From the NCBI GenBank assembly GCA_963803435.1, contig CAWDML010000007.1, positions 160,001 to 224,000 of the forward strand: 64,000 nt of DNA. Direction: 5' to 3'. A model generated the notes under the pieces. The model was not told the origin of the DNA. It made no database searches and saw nothing but the letters and a program-made list of their open reading frames with translations. A program made the position numbers and the translations under genes. The stretch comes from an uncultured delta proteobacterium. GTDB lineage: Bacteria > Myxococcota > Kuafuiibacteriia > Kuafuiibacteriales > Kuafuiibacteriaceae. Below, piece by piece: positions 45,956 through 56,048 of this stretch (position 1 is the stretch's first letter; each line of letters opens with the position of its first letter).

Positions 45956-46734
45956 GTGTGTGCCGGTGCGGTCCCACGAACCTTGCTGAGCAAGAGGTCG
46001 CGGACCTGTTTCATGGCCGAGCGGACGCTCGTTCGACCCGTCTCGATGGCGACGGGCTCGAGCGCGTTCAGCCGATAATCCACGAAAGCGTTCGGAAAGC
46101 GGTACCACGGCACCCCCTTCATGAGGGCGGGGGGCTGGCAGTGGATGTAGACGGGGACCAGCGGCGCGCCGGCGCGTGCGGCCATCTCGAACGGGCTCCG
46201 CATGAAGGGGTGCATCTCGTTCGGCGGGGACCGGGTGCCCTCGGGGAAGATCAACACCCCGTACCCCTGCGAGAGGCGATCGATGGCCTCGTTGAGGACG
46301 TCGGAGGCGCGCACGGAGCCGTCGCTCCCGCCTCCGTCGATGTACCCAGCCGCCCTCAACATGCGTCCCACGTTCACGCCCTGGATCAACGAACGTTTGA
46401 CGACGACACAAAGGCGGTCGTAGCTCGCGATGAGCGCTATCACGTCGATCAGGGTGGGGTGGTTCGCGATCAGCACGTAGGGACCCGAGGGCGTATCGGT
46501 GAGGGAGCGCCTCGGGTCCACATCGATCAGGTGGAGGCCGCGGAGCAGATCGCAGAACTGCCGGAAGGCCGCCTTGATGACGCGCTGCACCCGGTCGCGA
46601 ACCTGGGCAGGGTCGTTCACCCGCCACTCGAGGTACGGCACGTAGAGGTTGGCGACGACGAAGCCCCCGCCCCAGAAGTAGAGGAAGGAGAAGCCCACCA
46701 AGGAGATCTGAAGGAGCCTGAGGAGCGTTCGCAC
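45952..46734 (-). CDS. Lysophospholipid acyltransferase (PlsC family, ApeD-type)
   Basis: ANHPTLID and IFPEGTRS motifs. Start uncertain, up to 46821. Confidence 0.88.
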   Translation of the reverse strand: MRTLLRLLQISLVGFSFLYFWGGGFVVANLYVPYLEWRVNDPAQVRDRVQRVIKAAFRQFCDLLRGLHLIDVDPRRSLTDTPSGPYVLIANHPTLIDVIALIASYDRLCVVVKRSLIQGVNVGRMLRAAGYIDGGGSDGSVRASDVLNEAIDRLSQGYGVLIFPEGTRSPPNEMHPFMRSPFEMAARAGAPLVPVYIHCQPPALMKGVPWYRFPNAFVDYRLNALEPVAIETGRTSVRSAMKQVRDLLLSKVRGTAPAHT

Positions 46735-46882
46735 CGGCTGCTGCTCCGAGACCGCCAAGTAAGCGGAGGTCGGCCGGAAATGCAACCGAAACGGTCCGAG
46801 ATTTTTGCGACCCTCGGGCACCCCGGCGCCCTCGGCCAGGCGGGAAGGGCCCGGAGCCGCCCCTGGCTCGGGGCAGGAGCGC

Positions 46883-48556
46883 TCAGAAGAGCGCGAGGTG
46901 GGCGTGGTCGAAGTGATCGTGCGAGGGGCTGGGGAAGCCGCTCAGATGATCATAGAAGAGCTCCCGCGGATGCTGGCCGGCGAAGTGCCGGACGAACGCG
47001 GCGATCTTCGGCTCGAAGCGTGCGGAGCCGGGGATGGCAACGTCGATCGCGTGGCCCTTCCCATCCGGGTTGCTCGCGGGATAGTGGTACGAGCCCGGCG
47101 CGTGCGTGCCGTGGGTCGTCGACGTGATGGTCAGGCCGTGCCGTACGGCCCACTTGGCTGCCTCCTGAAGCTTGGGCGCGAGCTCGTGGTAGAACGGGAT
47201 CCGCGCGATGATCGCAGCGTCGCTCTTCTCCTTGATCCGCTTCGAGATGAGCCGGTTCGTCGCCGAGCCGACCCCGTTCCTCCCGTGGATGTGGAAGTGC
47301 GCCCGCAGGCGATCGGCCGCCCGCTCGGTGGCCTTGGTGTACATCCCGTCGATCTTGCCGGGGTTGTAGCCGGCCTTCTTGAGCCGACGCTCGGTTCGCT
47401 TCACGGCGGCGGAGCGCTCTCCGATCCGCTGCGTGGGGCTGAACGCGCTGCGCGTCTCCATGGTCGCGTGCTTGAGCTTGCGCCAGGTGTTCGGTCCGAG
47501 CTGCTGGGTCTCACCGAGACCGGAGCGCCGCTGGAACTGGTTGAGCATCGCCTGCGTGTGCGGCGTCCACTTGCCCCAGCTGCGGTCGCCTTCCTTGCCG
47601 TGGTTCGGATCGTATCCGGCCGCCTTGAGATGATCCTGCATGTAGCCGATCAACGCGCGCGGCGAGTTGGGCCCGATGCGCTGGCCGTTCTGGAACGCCC
47701 TCGCCATCCTGCGATCACGGTTTCGCCGCGTCGTCGAGGGCGTGACCCGGCGACGGTACGGATCGTGCGCGATGTTCTTGAGCTCTGAGCTCAGCGCCTT
47801 GTCCGCCTTGCCTCCCCACGAGCGAATGTTGTTGTTCAGGCTCGGGTGCCGCTTTCGGAAGGACTGCACGGCGTCGGCGGTCGTCTGGCCGTAGATGCCG
47901 TCGGGCGTCCCTTGAAAGTCTCCGAGCCGCGCCAACCGCTGCTGGAGCCTCTTCACCTTGTCGCTCTTCATCCCGGGCGTCAGGTAGCTGCTGTTCTGCG
48001 CGTGGATCCGCTTGACCGTACTCTCGAGCCGCTTGAGCGTTCGATCCGTCGGTTCGCCCGCCTGCTCTCCGTTGAGACCCACGGCCGCCTGGAACTCGGC
48101 GAGCGCCTGCCGGCTCTTGGGCGTGAGCTGCGTGTCGATGGTCCCCGGATCGTAGCCGAGCTGCTTGAGCCACCGCTCGGCCTTCCGAATCTCTTGCGGG
48201 GTCGCCGGCGTGGTATCGGTGCGCGTTGCGCTGAACGATCCCCGCGCCAGCGTGCTGAAGCTGGGCCCGCCGAGATCGCCGAGCAGCGATCCCGTTCCGA
48301 AAGGCACCTCGCTCAACCGGTCGCCCAAAAGCCGGGCGAGGTCGTCGTTGACCAGCTCGTGGTAGCCTTTGGGGAGCTGCCCCCTGGCCAGCATCTCCCG
48401 GAGCTCGGGATCGAGGCTCGTCGCGACCCGGACCGCCTCCTGCAGCTCCGGATCGGCCTTCGCCGCCTCCGGTGAGGAGAGATCGACCTGTCGGAGGAGC
48501 TCAACGATCCGCGCAAGATCAGAGCGCTCCCGGGTACCCAATTGGACGCCAGCCAT
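46883..48556 (-). CDS. Peptidoglycan-binding repeat protein with putative C-terminal zinc endopeptidase
   Basis: Four PG_binding_1-like repeats (e.g. LKQLGYDPG..ALAEFQ; DGIYGQTTADAVQSF) and C-terminal SYH..GHAID..HFDHAH. Confidence 0.75.
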   Translation of the reverse strand: MAGVQLGTRERSDLARIVELLRQVDLSSPEAAKADPELQEAVRVATSLDPELREMLARGQLPKGYHELVNDDLARLLGDRLSEVPFGTGSLLGDLGGPSFSTLARGSFSATRTDTTPATPQEIRKAERWLKQLGYDPGTIDTQLTPKSRQALAEFQAAVGLNGEQAGEPTDRTLKRLESTVKRIHAQNSSYLTPGMKSDKVKRLQQRLARLGDFQGTPDGIYGQTTADAVQSFRKRHPSLNNNIRSWGGKADKALSSELKNIAHDPYRRRVTPSTTRRNRDRRMARAFQNGQRIGPNSPRALIGYMQDHLKAAGYDPNHGKEGDRSWGKWTPHTQAMLNQFQRRSGLGETQQLGPNTWRKLKHATMETRSAFSPTQRIGERSAAVKRTERRLKKAGYNPGKIDGMYTKATERAADRLRAHFHIHGRNGVGSATNRLISKRIKEKSDAAIIARIPFYHELAPKLQEAAKWAVRHGLTITSTTHGTHAPGSYHYPASNPDGKGHAIDVAIPGSARFEPKIAAFVRHFAGQHPRELFYDHLSGFPSPSHDHFDHAHLALF

Positions 48557-48872
48557 ACGAGACGTATCGGCGCCACCTGTCCGAGGGTCCGTTACCTTGC
48601 ACCCGTAATAAAAGTGTGCGGTCTGACACGACATTCTACGACATCTGCTCCCGTCCGGGTGCGGACGGCGAAGATCGTTTGCTTGTTCCGATGCGCCATG
48701 CCAAGGTCCCGCCGCGTCTCGGAAAATGAAGAGACGAACCTTCAGGTAGCGCCTGCTCCGTTCGAACGCCTTTCTCTGACAGGAACGGCTCCATTCGCTG
48801 GATTTCAGGTTCCATCTCGAGCGGGGACAAGCTCGTCCTCCGCGAAGGCTTTTCGAAAAGGGAATCATTTCA

Positions 48873-49163
48873 ATGGGCTCCAAACTCTACGTCGGCAACC
48901 TCTCGTATGACACCACCGAAGCGGATCTCCGCGAGGCCTTCGGCGCCGACGATCGCACCGTCATGGAAGTCGCCGTCGTCATGGATCGCGACACCGGCCG
49001 TCCGCGCGGGTTCGCGTTCGTGACCATGGGATCGAACGCCGACGCGCAGGCCGCGATCTCCGCGCTCGACGGAACCTCGCTTCAGGGGCGCAGCCTCAAG
49101 GTGAGCGAGGCGCAGGAGCGCAGCTCCGCCGGCGCCGGTGGAAACCGGGCGCGTCGCTACTAA
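48873..49163 (+). CDS. RNA-binding protein (RRM)
   Basis: KLYVGNL (RNP2) and RGFAFV (RNP1). Confidence 0.93.
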   Translation: MGSKLYVGNLSYDTTEADLREAFGADDRTVMEVAVVMDRDTGRPRGFAFVTMGSNADAQAAISALDGTSLQGRSLKVSEAQERSSAGAGGNRARRY

Positions 49164-49175
49164 CCTCGACTCCGA

Positions 49176-50585
49176 TCATCGACAGGCGCCGCCCTCCGGG
49201 GCGAGCGCCACGATCGATCCCTCCCACGGCAACATCACATAGAGACAGCGCCCGACGTTGCGAAAGCGCGTCGGCGCACCGTGCCCGATCATGACCACGT
49301 CGGGGAGAAAGCGGTGGCTTGCTCGGTCGAAGAAGCCGACGTAGCCGTCCTTCTCCTCCTGGTCGAGAAGACCGACCGCCAGCAAGCCCGGGATGCCGGT
49401 GAGCTCGAGCGAGGTGGGCGTGAGGCGCGCACGACCTTGGGCGATCGGTGCCGCCTCGCGGCGCACCAGCTTCTCCCGATCCACCACGAGTACCACCCCC
49501 TCGAACACGTCGACGACGACAGCCTCCTCCGACTCCACGAGCACGGCGACGCTCCCCAGGTTCGGATGTCCGCTGCCGAGCGCAACGGCTGTCGCCCCGC
49601 GTTCGAGATCGTCGGGATAGAACAGGACCTGCCGGAGGCCGGTGTCGCTGACCAGCCACCCGCCGTTGTCCCGGGCGAGATGGGCGAGCTCCGCGCTCTC
49701 CTCGATGGGGCGCGTGGGCTTTCGCTGGAACGCGCCGTCGAGCACGACCAGCTCGTAGCGCAGGCTCGCGCTCCCGTGGATCTCGGCGATGATCGCCGTG
49801 TCGCCCGAGACCGGGTCGAAGCGGGCGTCGCGCACCAGCAGGGACTCGTCCTCGCCGATCGACAGCCGGAAGGCCCCCGTGGCGGTCACGCTCTCGGGGC
49901 CGACCGCGGTCAAGGAGAGCGCGTCGTCGAAGATCCCGAGCGTCGCGCCGTCCTTCCAGGGGACGAGGCGCTGGAGGCAGTCGGGGACGAGAGGCGCCGG
50001 GCGCCCGACGGGACCCAGCGTGCGGGTGCCGCCCTGGTCGCACGAGAGGGTGTCGAGGAAGCGGCTGTTCCCGAGCACGATCGGCGTGGGCGCGGCCGCC
50101 TCCGGGACCACGAAGTCGTCGAGGTAGCCCGAGCGAAGCGCGCGGTTGGTCAGCCGAACGTCCTGCTCCTGGTAGAAGCTGGGTACGTCGGTGCGGCGCT
50201 CGTCGGTCACCAGGATCCGGCGATCCAGATGATAGGGCGGCGTCCCGCCGGCCCGCTCGATCACGTAGGTACAAGCCTCGCAGCGGAGCTCGTTCGACCG
50301 GTCCGAGCCGGTGATCGTGCAGCCGGCACGGGGCGCGATCGAGACCGTCTCTCCCTCCGCAGTCGCCTCGAACGGAAGGCCGTCGCCCTGGCAGGAGCGT
50401 CCCTCGATCGAGAGCCGGCAGCCGTCGAGGGTCAGCATCGGCTCGCAGGGACAGCTGCCCTCCACGAGCAGCGTCCAGCCCGCCGCGCACGATCCCTGCG
50501 AAGACGGCGCGTCGTAGAAGAATAGATCGCAGCCGCCCGCGGCGACCGTCACGGCGAGCAGGGCGGTGAGCCTCAACGTCGACAT
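49176..50585 (-). CDS. Hypothetical lipoprotein with Cys-rich N-terminus and beta-rich C-terminus
   Basis: Lipobox AAGGC after the ATG at 50585. Confidence 0.6.
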   Translation of the reverse strand: MSTLRLTALLAVTVAAGGCDLFFYDAPSSQGSCAAGWTLLVEGSCPCEPMLTLDGCRLSIEGRSCQGDGLPFEATAEGETVSIAPRAGCTITGSDRSNELRCEACTYVIERAGGTPPYHLDRRILVTDERRTDVPSFYQEQDVRLTNRALRSGYLDDFVVPEAAAPTPIVLGNSRFLDTLSCDQGGTRTLGPVGRPAPLVPDCLQRLVPWKDGATLGIFDDALSLTAVGPESVTATGAFRLSIGEDESLLVRDARFDPVSGDTAIIAEIHGSASLRYELVVLDGAFQRKPTRPIEESAELAHLARDNGGWLVSDTGLRQVLFYPDDLERGATAVALGSGHPNLGSVAVLVESEEAVVVDVFEGVVLVVDREKLVRREAAPIAQGRARLTPTSLELTGIPGLLAVGLLDQEEKDGYVGFFDRASHRFLPDVVMIGHGAPTRFRNVGRCLYVMLPWEGSIVALAPEGGACR

Positions 50586-50599
50586 GACGGTCGAGCGCC

Positions 50600-51274
50600 T
50601 CAGTGCGTCAGAAGGTAGACCAGCCCCGCGGTCAGCGCGACGGCGGCGGAGCCGAACATCACGTTGGACGCGACCGCCTCGACGCTCGCCCGATGCCGGG
50701 CGGACGCGTCCATCTGGCGACCGCCGTCGTACAGATGCTGAGCGCCGACACGAAGACCGATCCCCGTGCCGGTGAGCGCGACGCTGGTGCCGATCGCGGT
50801 CCAGGAGAGGATCGGGCCGAGCGACCGATCCGGCGGCGGAGGCGATGAGACGTCGAGCGACGGCTGCGGGACCTCCTCGGTCGTCGACGGGAAGAGGATC
50901 GCGCCGAGCCCCTGGAAGACCGACGGCCAGAGCCCGCGATCGTCCAGGGAGTATTCCAGCTGCACCTGTCTCAGCACGCCCTGCTCCGGTGTGGCCAGAG
51001 CTGCGACCGCACGGCCGATCCGGAGCGCGCCGACCAGCTTCACCAGCACGATCTCGTTCGACCCGAAGTGCGCCGCGATCTCCCGCGCACACTCGTCGTT
51101 GCCGTGACACGTGACGACGTCGTCGATCGCGACCGACCTGTGCGTTGCCCGTGCGATCCCGTCCGCGATGGCCGCCACCGCGGCAGGCGCCTGATCGCCG
51201 GAGAGCTGCGCCGCCTCGGAGAGGTGAACGATCACCGGCGCGCCGATGGAGAGTAGACCCAACCAGGCGGGCAC
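50600..51274 (-). CDS. Hypothetical exported/membrane protein
   Basis: Signal-like N-terminus, CHGNDECAREIA motif, C-terminal hydrophobic helices. Start inferred. Confidence 0.55.
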   Translation of the reverse strand: MPAWLGLLSIGAPVIVHLSEAAQLSGDQAPAAVAAIADGIARATHRSVAIDDVVTCHGNDECAREIAAHFGSNEIVLVKLVGALRIGRAVAALATPEQGVLRQVQLEYSLDDRGLWPSVFQGLGAILFPSTTEEVPQPSLDVSSPPPPDRSLGPILSWTAIGTSVALTGTGIGLRVGAQHLYDGGRQMDASARHRASVEAVASNVMFGSAAVALTAGLVYLLTH

Positions 51275-51371
51275 GCTCCAAAGCTTAGTGAGGGTCGCGC
51301 TGGAGTCCAAGGCGGGACATACGAAAACGCGCCGGGGTCCTCGCGTGGACGCGAGGTCTTCTGCATCATCG

Positions 51372-53042
51372 ATGGGGCTGACGGACGCGATCCAGCTCGA
51401 TCGGCTCGACGGGGGCACGCTCCCTCGGTACCGGCTGCTCCACGAGATCGGGCGCGGCGGAATGGGGGCCGTGCACCTCGCCGCCCGCGACGGCGACCCG
51501 GACCCCTGCGTGGTCAAGCGGATCCACCCCGAGCACGAGACCAGCTCGACCGCCGCCAAGCGCTTCCTCCGGGAGGCGGAGCTCACCACGCTCCTCACAC
51601 ATCCCAACATCGCGCAGACGTTCGACGTCGGGATCGCCGGGACCGACGCCTACATCGCGATGGAGTTCATCCCGGGGAAGGACCTGGATCAGCTGGCCCA
51701 GGCGATGCGCGCCCGCGGCGCTCCGTTCCCGATCGAGCTGGCGGTGTCGATCGCGCTCAGCGTCCTCGACGCGCTGGCCTACGCACACGACGCGGTCGGC
51801 CCCGACGGCGCGAAGCTGGCGATCGTTCACCGCGATCTCGGGCCGAAGAACGTCATGATCACGTTCTCGGGCGAAGTGAAGGTGATCGACTTCGGGGTGG
51901 CGCGGGCCCGGATCGGAGACTTCCGCACGCAGAGCGGCGTCCTGGTGGGCACCGTGCCCTACTTCTCGCCCGAGCAGGCGAAGGGCAGGCCGATCGATGC
52001 GCGCAGCGACCTCTACAGCCTCTCGGTGTGGCTCTACGAGCTGCTCTCGGGGCGGCTGATGGTGACGTCCGAGACCGTGGTGCAGATGCTGGCGCAGGTG
52101 GTGGGCGACGTACCGGCGCCGCTCGATCAGGTTCGGCACGAGGTCCCGGCCGCGCTCGCACGCGCGATCGACCGCGGCCTCGCGAAGTCACCCCGGGATC
52201 GATGGCCGACCGCGCGAGCGTATGCGGAGGCGCTGCGCCAAGCGGCGGAGCCGGGGACACCGGCCGCGCTGGGAGCGCTGCTGACGGAGCGATTTCCCCA
52301 ACACGAGCGCGCGGCGCGGCAGGCGGTGGCCGCGGTCCGGCAGCAGTTCGAGATGGAGCACGACGACGCGGAGCTCTTCTCGAGGACCCGGACCACCGCA
52401 CGCCCACCCGACCGACGCGCGGAGGTCGCGCCGCGTAGGCGCGACCGCATGTATCTGGCCCTCCTCGCCCTGGCCGCCGGGGGGATCGGGATCGCGTGGC
52501 TGATCCGCGCGACTGCGCTCGTGGCGCCGCCATCACCGAGCGCCGAGCTGGTGCCGCCGCCGGTGGGCGTCACGCCGCGGATCGCTGCGGTGCCGGTGGA
52601 GGTCGCGCCGCGTCGGGTGCGGGCGCCGCCTCCCGCCGTCGCGGCTCCGAGCGTGCGACGGGTCCGTGCGGCGAGATCGACGGCGACGCTCGACGACCTC
52701 CTGGCGGAGCGCGGGCTCTCGCCGGAGGATCTCGCGCATCAGCACCGCCTCGAGCGCCTCGTGTCGCGCTGGAGGGCGGCCGAGCGGGCGCGGGACCCGA
52801 TCGCGATCGACCGGGCCGCGCGCGCGATCGAGGCGCACCTTTTCGAGGTCACGTTCGATCCCGAGCGCCTGCGGAAGCGCCTCTCCGAGCTCAAGGAACG
52901 CATGAGCTCGAGCGATGCGGCGCGCTTCGACCGTCGATTCCTCGACGCGTGGGACGCCGCGTCGAGGGTCGCGGACCGCGAGTCGTATCGGCGGACGTGC
53001 GCGCTGGTGGACGCGCTCGAGGGCGATCTCGAGCACCGGTGA
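51372..53042 (+). CDS. Membrane Ser/Thr protein kinase
   Basis: IGRGGMGAV, VVKR, HRDLGPKN, DFG, YFSPEQ, then a TM segment and helical C-terminal domain. Confidence 0.92.
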   Translation: MGLTDAIQLDRLDGGTLPRYRLLHEIGRGGMGAVHLAARDGDPDPCVVKRIHPEHETSSTAAKRFLREAELTTLLTHPNIAQTFDVGIAGTDAYIAMEFIPGKDLDQLAQAMRARGAPFPIELAVSIALSVLDALAYAHDAVGPDGAKLAIVHRDLGPKNVMITFSGEVKVIDFGVARARIGDFRTQSGVLVGTVPYFSPEQAKGRPIDARSDLYSLSVWLYELLSGRLMVTSETVVQMLAQVVGDVPAPLDQVRHEVPAALARAIDRGLAKSPRDRWPTARAYAEALRQAAEPGTPAALGALLTERFPQHERAARQAVAAVRQQFEMEHDDAELFSRTRTTARPPDRRAEVAPRRRDRMYLALLALAAGGIGIAWLIRATALVAPPSPSAELVPPPVGVTPRIAAVPVEVAPRRVRAPPPAVAAPSVRRVRAARSTATLDDLLAERGLSPEDLAHQHRLERLVSRWRAAERARDPIAIDRAARAIEAHLFEVTFDPERLRKRLSELKERMSSSDAARFDRRFLDAWDAASRVADRESYRRTCALVDALEGDLEHR

Positions 53043-53128
53043 GCGCGGGGGGACGCGGGAGCGCCCCGAGACGAAAGATTGTGGGCGAAACGGGTCGAGA
53101 TTTTCGCCGGCTTTCGGTAGACACGGCC

Positions 53129-54535
53129 ATGCGCCTCGCCCTCGGAGCACTCACGTTGACCGCGTGCCTCGCGGTCGGGACGGCCGCGCTGGGGGAAGAG
53201 AACGACTCGGGCGCGCCCAGCCTCCCTCAAGACCCCTCTGACGAGCCGGATGTGGACGTGCCCGGCGAGCCCGACGGGCCGCAGACTCCCGAGGAGCGGC
53301 TGATCCAGCTCGAGGACAAGCTCGTCGATCTCGAGCAGCGTCTGAAGCAGGTCGAGCAGCAGGAGAAGTCACCGCTCACGCTCGGCGGTTACGCGGACTT
53401 CGGATTCTTCGCGCCGATCGGTGACGGGCCCGGCTGGGTCCAGGACTTCGGGAACGAGCAGCTGCCCGAGCTGGCCGGACAGTACGGCTGGGTGTTCCTG
53501 GGCGACATCCTCTCGACGGCGGTCAACTCGCGGGGCGAGGTCGCGGATCTCGGCAACGCCCCCGGAGCCAACCGCTTCGACAGCGTCCACTCGCAGGGCG
53601 CGCCCGGCTTCCTCCTGAACGAGGTGAACGTCCGCCTCAGCGTCGGGCTCCACGAGCGCGTCAAGATCACCACGAGCATGAACTTCGTGCCGCGCACCGG
53701 CTCCGACTTCGCGCTGGGAGACTTCTTCGATCTCGATCTGGCGGAGGTGGAATGGCACGCCTTCGACGCGCCCGACGTCTCGCTGTTCGCCGGCAAGATC
53801 GATCCGGTGATCGGAATCGAGTACAGGGAGCGCAAGGCGGACGGGCGCTTCGGCATCACGCCCTCGCTGATCGCGCGGTACACCACCGGCACGCAGCTCG
53901 GGCTCAAGGCGCGGGCAAAGTTCTTCGACGACTGGCTGATCGTGGCGCTCGCGTTCACCAACGGCACCTCGACGACCGAGCAGTTCCACTTCTACGACGA
54001 GGTCGACTCCAACGCCGGCAAGACCTTCAGCGGGCGGATCGCGATCCACATCCCCCTCGACGGGATCTCCTCGGCGTTCGAGGGACACTCGCTCGAGATC
54101 GGAGGCTCGGGGGAGGTCGGCCCGCAGGACCGCGACCCCGGCGGAGACGGTTACATCTGGTTCGCCGGGGCCGATCTCGCCTACCGCACGGTCTCGTTCG
54201 CGCTCAAGGCCGAGTTCCTCAAGGGACGCTCGCCCGGGAGCGACATCTTTCCCGCGTGGGAGCTGGATCTGAAGCGCGGCGCGTACCTCGAGGTCGACTG
54301 GATGGTGCTTCCCTGGCTGGGCCTGATGGTCCGAGGAGGCCTGCGCGACGCCTTCGTTGCGCTCGGCACGGAGCGAGCCTATGTCACCCAGTCGTGGCGT
54401 TTCACCGGCGGCGTGCGATTCGTATTGAATCACCACATCATCCTCAAGGCCGAGTACCTGAAGAATGGAGAGTACGGAGATGTTCCAGAGTTCCAGAACG
54501 ACGTCTTCACCAGCTCGCTGGTTCTCAGGTACTGA
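53129..54535 (+). CDS. Putative outer membrane porin (beta-barrel)
   Basis: Signal peptide, coiled coil, LTLGGYADF, alternating beta-strands, terminal aromatic residue (..LVLRY). Confidence 0.7.
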   Translation: MRLALGALTLTACLAVGTAALGEENDSGAPSLPQDPSDEPDVDVPGEPDGPQTPEERLIQLEDKLVDLEQRLKQVEQQEKSPLTLGGYADFGFFAPIGDGPGWVQDFGNEQLPELAGQYGWVFLGDILSTAVNSRGEVADLGNAPGANRFDSVHSQGAPGFLLNEVNVRLSVGLHERVKITTSMNFVPRTGSDFALGDFFDLDLAEVEWHAFDAPDVSLFAGKIDPVIGIEYRERKADGRFGITPSLIARYTTGTQLGLKARAKFFDDWLIVALAFTNGTSTTEQFHFYDEVDSNAGKTFSGRIAIHIPLDGISSAFEGHSLEIGGSGEVGPQDRDPGGDGYIWFAGADLAYRTVSFALKAEFLKGRSPGSDIFPAWELDLKRGAYLEVDWMVLPWLGLMVRGGLRDAFVALGTERAYVTQSWRFTGGVRFVLNHHIILKAEYLKNGEYGDVPEFQNDVFTSSLVLRY

Positions 54536-54545
54536 GAGGACGCAG

Positions 54546-56039
54546 ATGCGCGCGCTCCTGCTGCTCACCGTGCTGCTGGCCGGCTGCGAGAGCGACCTCT
54601 TCACGTCCGCCGAGTGGGACCGGCTCGAGACCCTGGTGAACGTCGATCAGGATCCTCTGCCGGACCCGGTGAACAAGTACGTCGGCAATCCGGAGGCCGA
54701 GGCGCTCGGTCAGATGTTCTTCTTCGACGCGCGCTTCTCGGGCGTCGCGACCGAGGTCGACGTGCTCGGGCGTCCCACCACGGCCGCGCGCGCGCCGGTG
54801 GGCCAGCCGATCGGGATCATGTGCGCGACCTGCCACGATCCGTCCCGCGGCGGCGGCGATCACAGCTCGGTGCCAGGCAACGTCTCGATCGGCGCCGGCA
54901 TCTACGACGTCAACGCCGAGTCGGTGATCAACTCGGCGTACTACGACCTCAAGTACTGGAACGGCCGCTATGATTCGCTGGTGTGGCAGGCGATGTCGGT
55001 GCTCGAGAGCGGCGTCTCCATGAACACCGACCGGGTACGCGTCGCCTGGTTGATCAACGACCTCTATCGCGCCCGCTATCGGGCGCTGTTCGACGACCCG
55101 CTGCCGGCGTTCCCGCACACGTTCGACGAGCAGGCGGCGCTGCTCGAGCCCGACGGCCAGTGCACGCTCGACACCGGCTCGGCCTGTCCGGACGAGTGCA
55201 GCGAGGACGCGAGCGGTTGCTGGCCCCGCTTCCCTCTCCATGGGCGGCCCGGTCAAGGCACGTGCAAGCGGGGAGAGGCTCCCCTCGCGGACGGCTTCGA
55301 CTGCATGGAGGCGGCGGATCAAGCGGCGGTGACTCGTGTGCTCGTCAACGTCGCCAAGGCGATCGCGGCCTACGAGTTCACGCTGGTGAGCAGGAACTCC
55401 GCGTTCGATCGGTTCATGACCGAGGGTGAGGGCTCAGAGCTGATCCCAGCGTCGGCCCGCCGCGGCGCCAAGCTGTTCGTCGGCAAGGCGTCCTGCATCG
55501 ACTGCCATCGCACGCCGCTGTTCTCGGACGGCAAGTTTCACAACGTCGGCGTGCCGCAGACCGGGCCCGGCGTGCCGACCGAGGGGGACTGCCCGCCGGG
55601 CGGCACCTGCGACTGTGTGGCCGGGACCGTGTGCCTGCCCTGGGGCGCGCACTTCGGTCTGACGGTGCTCCACGGGACCAAGCTGCGCGTCGACAACAGC
55701 ACGTACAGCGACGACCCCGTGCTGACCGATCGGCTGCGTCCCTGGTACGAGCTCGAGCTGACGGACGATCTCAAGGGGGCGTGGCGCACGCCCAGCCTGC
55801 GCGACGCGGCGATCACGGCGCCCTACATGCACGACGGCTACTACCGCTCGCTCGACGAGGTGGTACGACACTACGCCCAGGGTGGGACGCGCCTGGGGTC
55901 CGCAAGCGATCAGCTCGACAAGCGGATTCGACCGCTCGATCTCTCCGAGGGAGAGATCCAGGATCTGGTCGAGTTTCTCAAGACGCTCACCGGCGAGCCG
56001 CTGCCGAGGGAGTTGGTCACGGCGCCAGCCCTGCCCTGA
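54546..56039 (+). CDS. Di-heme cytochrome c peroxidase/MauG-family lipoprotein
   Basis: Lipobox LLAGC, LGQMFFFD, CATCH, YWNGR, CIDCH, TPSLRD..APYMHDG. Confidence 0.9.
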   Translation: MRALLLLTVLLAGCESDLFTSAEWDRLETLVNVDQDPLPDPVNKYVGNPEAEALGQMFFFDARFSGVATEVDVLGRPTTAARAPVGQPIGIMCATCHDPSRGGGDHSSVPGNVSIGAGIYDVNAESVINSAYYDLKYWNGRYDSLVWQAMSVLESGVSMNTDRVRVAWLINDLYRARYRALFDDPLPAFPHTFDEQAALLEPDGQCTLDTGSACPDECSEDASGCWPRFPLHGRPGQGTCKRGEAPLADGFDCMEAADQAAVTRVLVNVAKAIAAYEFTLVSRNSAFDRFMTEGEGSELIPASARRGAKLFVGKASCIDCHRTPLFSDGKFHNVGVPQTGPGVPTEGDCPPGGTCDCVAGTVCLPWGAHFGLTVLHGTKLRVDNSTYSDDPVLTDRLRPWYELELTDDLKGAWRTPSLRDAAITAPYMHDGYYRSLDEVVRHYAQGGTRLGSASDQLDKRIRPLDLSEGEIQDLVEFLKTLTGEPLPRELVTAPALP

Positions 56040-56048
56040 GGAGATGAG

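Noticed and set aside
46883-48556. Prophage endolysin
   Set aside because: No holin, structural or integrase genes nearby.
48565-48600. Full sigma-28 promoter
   Set aside because: A GCCGATA -10-like box is present but there is no TAAA/TCAAG -35 at the expected spacing; kept only as a weak note.
53084-53108. Operator dyad GGCGAAA-N11-TTTCGCC before the porin gene
   Set aside because: Single occurrence, no cognate regulator nearby, and too short to support.
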